Below are positions 57,152-64,000 of a DNA stretch of 64,000 nucleotides, piece by piece. The notes beneath the pieces were generated by a model. The model was not told the DNA's origin and made no database searches. It saw only the letters and a list, made by a program, of their open reading frames with translations. The stretch's first letter is position 1. Each line of letters opens with the position of its first letter. The DNA is from Actinomycetota bacterium. GTDB lineage: Bacteria; Actinomycetota; Geothermincolia; Geothermincolales; RBG-13-55-18. The position numbers and the translations under genes were made by a program. The stretch spans positions 8,638 through 72,637 of the forward strand of contig JACIXD010000018.1 in NCBI GenBank assembly GCA_014360645.1, in the 5' to 3' direction.

Positions 57152-58435
57152 TTGTACCGCCATAACCTTCTCCGTATGCTCGGCGGCCTGTGGTGGGCCT
57201 CCATGGTGCCCGTCGCCGCGCTGCTCCTCCTCCCCCATACAACAGCGATCCGTTACGACATGGCGCTCCTCTCCCTCTTCGCCATGCTGGTCCTCAGCCT
57301 CTCCGCCGCCCTCCTCCCCTACCGCGAAACCCCCCGGGGGCGCGGGTTCGGGCTGCTGGTGTGGTGCTCCGTCCTGGCGCTGTCCCTGCTCGCCTGCGCG
57401 GCGGTCCATTACAGCGGTGGGGCCAGGAGCCCCCTCTTTCCTCTTCTCCTGCTGGTGACGGCCTTCGGCTCCGGCCTTTTCCCCTCCACCGGCGCCGCCG
57501 CCCTCCTCACCGGCCTCTCGGCCGCCGCATACCTGTTCACCGCGCTCCTCCTCTCCCGTCCCCAATCATCTGACGCGCAGCTCATCGCCGCGCAACTGTT
57601 CTTCCTCCTCCTGGTTTCCTTGCTGGTGAACCGCGCGGGGGCGGAGAGCAGGAGGCAGGCCATGGAGAGAGAGCGGGCTATGGAGGAGCTGCGCTCCCTC
57701 TCGCAGATGGACAGGGCGGCCTCCTCATTCGTTTCCGCGGTGAGCTTCGAGATGCGCACCCCCCTGACCTCCATCCTCGGGTTCAGCGAGATGCTGGTCT
57801 CGCGGAAGCTGGAGCCGGAAAAGGAGCGCGAATACGTGGAGATCATCGCCAGGGAAGCCCAGAACCTCTCCCGGCTGGTGGAAGACCTCCTCGACATATC
57901 GCGCCTGGAATCGGGCAAGCTGCAGCTCCAGAAGGAGGTGGTCGGCCTGCAGCGCCTCCTGGAGGCGAGCATGCCCCTGCTGGAATCCTCTCCGGAGCCC
58001 ATGCGGGTGGAGGTGAACGTCCCCTCCGACCTCTCCCCGCTCATGGTGGACGCCCAGCGCATGAAGAGGGTCTTCGACTCCCTCTTCGGCTACATAAGGA
58101 AGAAATCCGGGCCCGGTGCGGAGGTGAGGCTCTCGGCCAAGAGCGAGGAGGGGGAGGTGGTGCTCACGGTGAACATGAGGAACCGCGACGCCGGCGGCCG
58201 TCAGCCCGACGGCTCCAGGATCTTCCCTCCCCTGGGTGGTGTGGAGGAGGGAGACCTCGAGCTGGCTATCGCCAGGAGGATCGTCCAGGCCCACCAGGGC
58301 AGCCTCAGCCTCATCCCCACCTCCGGCGCCTGGTTCACCATCGTGCTGCGCCTTCCCGAGCTCACCGTGGGGGACTTCCTCCCCGCGCCCTCGCCCGCCC
58401 TCGACCGCGGAGCCGCCGGCAGCGGAGAACTTTGA
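57152..58435 (+). CDS. Degenerate histidine-kinase paralog (pseudo-kinase): phospho-acceptor His replaced by Phe, ATP-binding boxes lost
   Basis: Same architecture and membrane-domain motif (YSGG..SPLFP) as the upstream kinase. The H-box reads SFEMRTPL (TTC at 57746-57748). N, G1 and G2 boxes are unrecognisable. TTG at 57152 lies 9 nt after AGGAGG; an alternative ATG is at 57176. Confidence 0.75.
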   Translation: MYRHNLLRMLGGLWWASMVPVAALLLLPHTTAIRYDMALLSLFAMLVLSLSAALLPYRETPRGRGFGLLVWCSVLALSLLACAAVHYSGGARSPLFPLLLLVTAFGSGLFPSTGAAALLTGLSAAAYLFTALLLSRPQSSDAQLIAAQLFFLLLVSLLVNRAGAESRRQAMERERAMEELRSLSQMDRAASSFVSAVSFEMRTPLTSILGFSEMLVSRKLEPEKEREYVEIIAREAQNLSRLVEDLLDISRLESGKLQLQKEVVGLQRLLEASMPLLESSPEPMRVEVNVPSDLSPLMVDAQRMKRVFDSLFGYIRKKSGPGAEVRLSAKSEEGEVVLTVNMRNRDAGGRQPDGSRIFPPLGGVEEGDLELAIARRIVQAHQGSLSLIPTSGAWFTIVLRLPELTVGDFLPAPSPALDRGAAGSGEL

Positions 58436-58449
58436 GCACGGGCGTCTGC

Positions 58450-58455
58450 TATCCT
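58450..58455 (+). promoter_or_regulatory. TATCCT (TANNNT) -10-like box 6 nt before the ATG (leaderless candidate)
   Basis: ctgcTATCCTtagggcATG, the same spacing as the ftsH and helicase cases. A weaker match. Confidence 0.3.
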
Positions 58456-58461
58456 TAGGGC

Positions 58462-59418
58462 ATGATGGAGACGACATGCGAGCACGGCGTGGAGATGGTA
58501 GAGGGGCGATGCCGCATCTGCGGCGACCGCACCGAGATCCTGCGCCTGACGGAGTTCAACCTCAAGCTGTGCAAACACTGCTTCCTGAGGTTCTACGAGC
58601 GCCGCGTGCGCCGCGCCCTGGAAAAACATGCCATGGCGGGAGAGGGAGACCGCGTGGCGCTTGCGGTCTCCGGGGGCAAGGATTCCACCGCCCTGCTCTT
58701 CGCCCTCAAGCGCCTGGGCACGGTGATGGACTTCGAGCTCCGCGCCCTCCATTTCCACCTCAATATGGGAGAGTACTCGCGCCTCAACCTGGAGATGGTG
58801 GAGGCGCAGGCGGAGCTTGCCGGCGTCCCCCTGGAGGTGGTGCGCCTCGACGACCTGGGACTGCGCGTGCAGCGGGTGAAGGGTTGGAATGCCTGCGCGG
58901 TCTGCGGGGCCATCAAGCGCTCTCTGATGAACCGCGAGGCCAGGCGCATGGAGGCCACCGCGGTGGCCACCGCCCATACCCTGGAGGACGTGCTGCTCTT
59001 CACCTTCAAGAACCTGCTCTCGCGCAAGTACTACGTCCCGCAGCCCGTCCTTCCCCCCACCGGAGGCCTGCCGCGAAAAGTCAAGCCCCTCGTCTACACG
59101 CCGGAAAGGCTGAACCTGGCCTACTGCCGCCTGCGGGAGGTCCCCGTATTCGAGGACAAGTGCCCTGAATGGACGCCCCGCGGCCACGCCCTCAAGGGGG
59201 TTTTCGAGCACATGGAGGAGGTCATGCCCTCCGGCAAGCTCCAGCTCCTGCTCTCCCTCATGCAGGCGTTCCCTCCGCAGTGGGAGGAGGTGGAGAGTCC
59301 GCGCCGTCCCTGCGCGCGCTGCGGCGAGCCCTCCGCCCAGGGTTTATGCGCCCTCTGCCAGCTCGCTGAATGGTTCTCCCGCCGCCCCCGAGAGCGGGAT
59401 GGGGGAGAGCGCGGCTGA
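58462..59418 (+). CDS. PP-loop ATPase, TtuA/TtcA-like tRNA thiolation enzyme
   Basis: N-terminal CxxC..CxxC zinc finger, SGGKDS PP-loop, central Cys (CAVCG) and a C-terminal CxxC..CxxC. Confidence 0.8.
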   Translation: MMETTCEHGVEMVEGRCRICGDRTEILRLTEFNLKLCKHCFLRFYERRVRRALEKHAMAGEGDRVALAVSGGKDSTALLFALKRLGTVMDFELRALHFHLNMGEYSRLNLEMVEAQAELAGVPLEVVRLDDLGLRVQRVKGWNACAVCGAIKRSLMNREARRMEATAVATAHTLEDVLLFTFKNLLSRKYYVPQPVLPPTGGLPRKVKPLVYTPERLNLAYCRLREVPVFEDKCPEWTPRGHALKGVFEHMEEVMPSGKLQLLLSLMQAFPPQWEEVESPRRPCARCGEPSAQGLCALCQLAEWFSRRPRERDGGERG

Positions 59419-59533
59419 ACCGCGGCCTCCCCGAAAGGGGCGGGCGCGCCTCTCTATCTCATGGTCATGGAGCGGGCCGGGGGGACGGTCTATAATCTTA
59501 TCGGAGGCGCATACCGCGAGAGGGAGGTACCGC

Positions 59534-60355
59534 ATGCAGATCATCGACACCCACGCTCAGCTCTGGACGGAGGAAGCCATAATGTCGATGCCCGAATCCA
59601 TGCGCCAGGGCTACCTGCGCATCTTCGGGGAAAACCTGCCCAAGATCGGCGATACCCTCGAGGACATGGACGCCGCGGGGGTGGCGAAATCGGTGATCGT
59701 GGCCATCGACGCGGAGACGCGCTGGGGCTACAAGGTGAGCAACGAGCTGGTGGCGCAGACGGTGGCCGAGCACCCCGACCGCTTCATCGGCTTCGCCAGC
59801 GTGGATCCGCGCAAGGGCGTGCTGGCGGTGCGGGAGCTGCGGCGCGCCGTCGAGGAGCTTGGCCTGCGCGGCCTGAAGCTCCTCCCCCACCTCCTGGAGC
59901 TCAGGCCCAACGACCGCGAGATGTACCCCGTTTACGAGGCGGCGAGGGATCTCGGCATCCCCGTGCTCTTTCACGCCGGCACCCAGTTCCACACCGGCAC
60001 CAAGCTGAAGTACTGCATGCCCGTGGACATGGACGAGGTGGCGGTGGACTTCCCCGACCTCAAGATCATCATCGCCCACTTCGGATGGCCGTGGTACGAG
60101 GAGACCATGACCATCTGCCAGCGCAACCTTAACGTGTGGTTCAACATCGCGGGCTGGGCACCCCGCCACATCCCCGAATTCGTGGTCCGTTACATGGACC
60201 GCGTGCTCTCCCACAAGGCTCTCTTCGGCAGCGATTATCCCCTGGTCTCCCGCCGGAGGATAGTCGAGGAGCTGAAGGGGCTGGGGCTGAAGGAGGAGAC
60301 GCTGCGGCGTCTCCTGCACGACAACGCCGCGCAGCTTCTCGGCCTGCAGGAATGA
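59534..60355 (+). CDS. Amidohydrolase-2 (ACMSD-like) family metal-dependent hydrolase
   Basis: IDTHAQLW start (H.H-type motif), HAG and HFGWPW motifs, and a D in GSDYP. ATG follows GGGAGGT. Confidence 0.85.
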   Translation: MQIIDTHAQLWTEEAIMSMPESMRQGYLRIFGENLPKIGDTLEDMDAAGVAKSVIVAIDAETRWGYKVSNELVAQTVAEHPDRFIGFASVDPRKGVLAVRELRRAVEELGLRGLKLLPHLLELRPNDREMYPVYEAARDLGIPVLFHAGTQFHTGTKLKYCMPVDMDEVAVDFPDLKIIIAHFGWPWYEETMTICQRNLNVWFNIAGWAPRHIPEFVVRYMDRVLSHKALFGSDYPLVSRRRIVEELKGLGLKEETLRRLLHDNAAQLLGLQE

Positions 60356-60430
60356 CGCGGGGATGCCGATGATTTCCGTATGAGCCGCGGGACGTAAGGT
60401 CCCGCGCGTGAGACCGGGAAGGAGATGAAC

Positions 60431-61072
60431 ATGGCCTACTGCCAGAAATGCGGCAGGGAGATGTCGGAGGGCGCCGCCTTCTGTCCCGCGTGCGGGGCAC
60501 CCGCGGCCGCCGGCGCTCCGTCCGCGCCGCCGCCTTCCGCAGGCCCCGCATCCGCGCCCCCCCCACCGCCGGGGACGCAGCCGCCCCTTGGGCAGTACCC
60601 CGCGGGAGCGCCGCCCGCCCATGTACCCGGAGTGGTGCCGCCTCCGCCCGCGAGGAAGAGAATGGGTTCGGGCTGGAAGGCTGCGATCATCATCGTGGTC
60701 TCCATCGTCGTAGTGGTGGCGGTGGGAGCGGTCCTGCTGGGCGTCCTGGTCTTCAGGGCGGTCAAGGCTCCCGTGGACGTCACCAACCAATACATCGAGG
60801 CGGTGAACGACGGAGACGCGAGCGCGGCCTGGGAGCTCCTGCACCCGTCATCGCGTTTCAAGCGCGACTACACCTTGAGCACCTTCAAGTCCCAGGTCAT
60901 CGAGCCCACCACCAGGCTCAAGAGCTGGAACGCCAACGAGGTGGAGGTGAAGAACGAACGCGCCGAGGTCGGGGTGGACATGGAGGACGTGGAAGGAGAG
61001 AAATTCAGGGTGGTCTTCGACCTCCGGAAATACGGCTCCGAGTGGAAGGTGTTCGATTACTCCCTGGATTGA
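60431..61072 (+). CDS. Zinc-ribbon, Pro-rich, single-pass membrane protein with small extracytoplasmic domain
   Basis: CQKCG..FCPACG ribbon, Pro/Ala-rich linker, a TM segment (AAIIIVVSIVVVVAVGAVLLGVLVF) and a C-terminal about 100-aa domain. Confidence 0.7.
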   Translation: MAYCQKCGREMSEGAAFCPACGAPAAAGAPSAPPPSAGPASAPPPPPGTQPPLGQYPAGAPPAHVPGVVPPPPARKRMGSGWKAAIIIVVSIVVVVAVGAVLLGVLVFRAVKAPVDVTNQYIEAVNDGDASAAWELLHPSSRFKRDYTLSTFKSQVIEPTTRLKSWNANEVEVKNERAEVGVDMEDVEGEKFRVVFDLRKYGSEWKVFDYSLD

Positions 61073-61136
61073 GGGCCGCTCGCTCAGGCGGCGGGGCGCT
61101 TTGAGATCCGGGGTCGCCACCGGGAGTCCAGGGAGC

Positions 61137-61508
61137 TCAGGCCTCGAGAAAGGAGAGCACCTTCTCCACCAGTGCCTCTATGCCCGCGCTCTTGGGGACG
61201 AATTCGCTCGCACCCATCTTTTTCAACTGCTCGATGCTCTGGGTGCGCGTGAGCACGGAGTTGACGATGATGGGGGTGTCCATGGTCGCGCTGTCCTGCC
61301 GCAGCCTTTTCAACACCCACATGCCACTGCGCCGCGGCATGTGGATATCGAGGATGATGAGGTCGGGACCGAGGCGGCGCGCGATCTCCACGGCGTTGCC
61401 GGCGTCGAGACAAATGTAGGTCTTGAGCCCCCGGTTGTTCAGCACTATCTCGGCCAGCCTCGCTATGGAACGGTCGTCCTCGATAACCAGCACCGTTTTC
61501 TCGCCCAT
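61137..61508 (-). CDS. Stand-alone response regulator receiver (CheY-like)
   Basis: The motifs DD, D (ILDIHMP), T/S and K (VPKS). No output domain. Confidence 0.9.
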   Translation of the reverse strand: MGEKTVLVIEDDRSIARLAEIVLNNRGLKTYICLDAGNAVEIARRLGPDLIILDIHMPRRSGMWVLKRLRQDSATMDTPIIVNSVLTRTQSIEQLKKMGASEFVPKSAGIEALVEKVLSFLEA

Positions 61509-61515
61509 CCATACG

Positions 61516-61521
61516 AGTATA
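61516..61521 (-). promoter_or_regulatory. TATACT -10 box 7 nt before the response-regulator ATG (leaderless candidate)
   Basis: Minus strand: gcggaTATACTcgtatggATG. Confidence 0.4.
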
Positions 61522-62046
61522 TCCGCGCGCGGCCATCAAGGTCAAAGAGAGCGGCCGCGGGGAAAGCCGTCTTTCTTCATCTATCCGCCGTTCTTCCGGG
61601 AGGCGACCTCGCGCCCCCCGGACTCTCGCCAGCTAAAGGCGACGCGGCGGTCTCGGTAACCAGGCGGCACGGGCGCCGCCTCTTCGCAAGCATGGTCGAA
61701 AGGCTCAGGGGGGCACGCGACTCGCTTCCGTATCGACCGGTTCAGGGGGGAATCACCGCACAGGTCCCGGTCCCTGCTGAGCTCGAGCCTCCTCGGCGGA
61801 CTCCGGACGGCACGGGCGCATGTTCGCGGTGACGTCAGGAGGCATTCCTTCTTTCCCGCGCGGCCATTTCGGGCTCTGCGTCCGTGAACGATTCCCGTGA
61901 GAGGGGTATCCCGGCATGGAAACGACCGTTGGACGCAGCAAGGCCCTCCGCCGTCCTACCTTCCGCCCTCCCGGTCCGCGCACATTAACCGTGAGGGCGG
62001 ATCACGCGGAAGGCCCCTGCTGCCTTCTCTCTATCCGCTAACGCTG

Positions 62047-62307
62047 CTACTTCTTCGCCGGCTTCTTGGCGGCCGTCTTCTTGGCGGGCTTCTTGGCCGC
62101 TGCCTTCTTCGCCGGCTTCTTGGCGGCCGTCTTCTTGGCGGGCTTCTTGGCCGCTGCCTTCTTCGCCGGCTTCTTGGCGGCCGGCTTCTTGGCCGCCGGC
62201 TTCTTGGCGGCCGTCTTCTTGGCGGGCTTCTTGGCCGCTGCCTTCTTCGCCGGCTTCTTGGCGGCCGGCTTCTTGGCCGCCGGCTTCTTGGCGGGTTTCG
62301 TAGCCAT
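62047..62307 (-). CDS. Histone H1-like Lys/Ala/Pro repeat protein (86 aa)
   Basis: [36 protein letters not shown].. throughout. Strong SD AAAGGAGTGA before the ATG. The DNA is itself tandemly repetitive. Confidence 0.75.
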   Translation of the reverse strand: MATKPAKKPAAKKPAAKKPAKKAAAKKPAKKTAAKKPAAKKPAAKKPAKKAAAKKPAKKTAAKKPAKKAAAKKPAKKTAAKKPAKK

Positions 62308-62729
62308 CTTTTCACTCCTTTCCTAGGATTTCTCTAATAGACTTCGCCCTTATCTCTTTTTTTCCTTCCGGGTAATCGTCACCGATAGAACAGTCGTCTC
62401 CACATGGTGATGGATGACGGAGGTGCTGCAGGAGTCCGTTATATCGTCAATATGGCAATATATGGCAGTATATCACTTCCATGTCCATGGGCGGATAGTG
62501 AGAGTATGGAACACAAGATCGACGACCGCTATGCGATATTCGCTCCAGAAATAGGAAGCATACTTCCGGGCAAGTCCACGCGGGCGATCGATGAGCCGGA
62601 CATCCGCCCTTATGAAATGGCCTGTCCTCTGGCGGCATCGATACCGGTCATCCGCACAAGGCGGGAAAGAGTCCGGGTTAGTGCGGAGAAATATCAGGAT
62701 GGCCGGCAAACGTCATCGCAGGCAGCCCT

Positions 62730-63443
62730 TCAGCAGGGGTCGTAATCGCTCTCCCTGCCCGCCTCGGCCAGGTAGGCGGCCAGGATCCCCTCCAGCTCGG
62801 CGCGGCCGAAGTCCGGCCAGAGCACGGGAGTCACCACCATGCGGGAACGCGCCAGCCTCCAGAGCATGAAATTGGAGATCCGCATCTCCCCCGCCGTCCT
62901 GATCAGCAGGTCGATATCCGGGAGCTCCGGCGCATAGAGGTGAAGAGATACCGCCGCCTCGTCGACGTCCGCGGCGTTCATCCTTCCCGTCTTCACCTCG
63001 GCCGCCAGCCTGCGCGCCGCGTCGAGTATCTCTCCCCTGCCCCCGTAGTTGAAATTGATGTTCAGGTTGAGGCCCCGGTTGGATCGCGTGACCTCGTACG
63101 CCATGTCGAACCAGGCCAGTATCTCCGGCGGGATGCGCTCGCGACTGCCGATGTGGCGTAGGCGCACGCCCAGGCGCATGAACTCCTCCATGCGCTTTCG
63201 CAGGACCTCCCGGCTCATGTTCACCAGGAAGCGGACCTCCTCCTCGGGGCGCTCCCAGTTCTCGGTGGAGAAGGCGAAGAGCGAGAGGACCTCCACCCCG
63301 CGCTCCGCGCAGACCCTCACCGCCTCCATGATCGACTCCTCGCCGCGGCGGTGGCCCTCTATCCTCGGAAGCCCGCGCATCTTCGCCCAGCGGCCGTTGC
63401 CGTCCATGATGATGCCGATATGGCGGGGGTACGCGCCGGACAA
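62730..63443 (-). CDS. uppS: Isoprenyl transferase (undecaprenyl diphosphate synthase family)
   Basis: DGNGRWA, FSTENW.RP and RTSGE-like (IRTAGEMRISNF) motifs. TTG at 63443 follows GGGAGGTGTGAC. The track start is 63470. Confidence 0.9.
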   Translation of the reverse strand: MSGAYPRHIGIIMDGNGRWAKMRGLPRIEGHRRGEESIMEAVRVCAERGVEVLSLFAFSTENWERPEEEVRFLVNMSREVLRKRMEEFMRLGVRLRHIGSRERIPPEILAWFDMAYEVTRSNRGLNLNINFNYGGRGEILDAARRLAAEVKTGRMNAADVDEAAVSLHLYAPELPDIDLLIRTAGEMRISNFMLWRLARSRMVVTPVLWPDFGRAELEGILAAYLAEAGRESDYDPC

Positions 63444-64000
63444 GTCACACCTCCCGGACGTCGAGGACACGCGAATCGATTATATCGGATAAAGGGGGAG
63501 CCGGGCACGGACCGCATGACGCGGGGCAGCAGAGGAAAGGGGTCAGGGGGGAAGACAGCCGCGGGGGCGCGGCGGGGCGGCGGACGTCGCAGTGCGCACA
63601 TCCCCGGCGCCCCGCGGAAACCACACGTTTCCAAACGCAAAGATGGCGCAGCGCGCCCTTGACCGATACCCGGAATCGGATCCTTTTCCCGGTCCCGGCC
63701 GCTGCGTTTCGGGTGCAGCTTCACGCGGTCCCTGTGATATGAGATCACGCGGTTGCCGCGCGTAAGGATCGCCCTCCGGAAAGCGGCCGGCCCCGGATGA
63801 GCGGTGGCCGTACGGGCAACTCGCGCTCAAGAAAGCGGCCTTCTTACCGATATAAAAGAACGACGTCCTGAAGGGAAGGCGAGATGTACCGGACCGGGAG
63901 ACCCAGCGAAGCAAGATGATGGAAGCGAACGAACCGGGTGGGGAAGCGCGCCAGACTCCCGCGAGGCGCAGGTTATTCCGCAGCTTTTTCACCAAGAAGC

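Noticed and set aside
62663-62677. GGGAAAGAGTCCGGG resembles the RNase P RNA P4 core (GGAAAGUCCGGGC).
   Set aside because: There is an extra base within the core. No other conserved RNase P regions (e.g. ACAGAACCCGGCUUA) are nearby. There is insufficient space before uppS.

Overview
Visibly GC-rich (roughly two-thirds G+C by eye, not computed) bacterial chromosomal segment. It is densely packed with about 57 protein genes, mostly housekeeping and anaerobic redox metabolism. Inference only: the dgt-dnaG-rpoD block, a HelY-like helicase, glyQS, ppdK, several apparently leaderless genes and a rubrerythrin/desulfoferrodoxin/peroxiredoxin cluster suggest an anaerobic, possibly deep-branching Actinomycetota-like organism. 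I found no rRNA, tRNA, CRISPR array, transposase, integrase, prophage or recognisable defence system. I could not support a multi-gene novel system. The items most worth a second look are: (1) a peroxiredoxin whose peroxidatic Cys codon is an in-frame TGA, a candidate selenoprotein with a hairpin at the UGA. (2) A near-perfect 100-bp tandem array that regenerates SD + GTG + a 27-codon ORF upstream of a 74-aa orphan gene. (3) A 27-nt dispersed repeat with 6 copies that supplies a gene C-terminus and a probable start codon. (4) A recurrent pattern of local direct duplications at or next to gene ends, with periods of 73-75, 100 and 115 bp. (5) A tandem histidine-kinase paralog lacking the phospho-acceptor His and all ATP-binding boxes. 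(6) A large secreted repeat protein. (7) An 86-aa pure Lys/Ala/Pro histone-H1-like protein. Many long ORFs in the supplied track are alternate-frame shadow ORFs typical of high-GC DNA and were ignored. Start codons were chosen from SD motifs and overlaps and can be off by a few codons.
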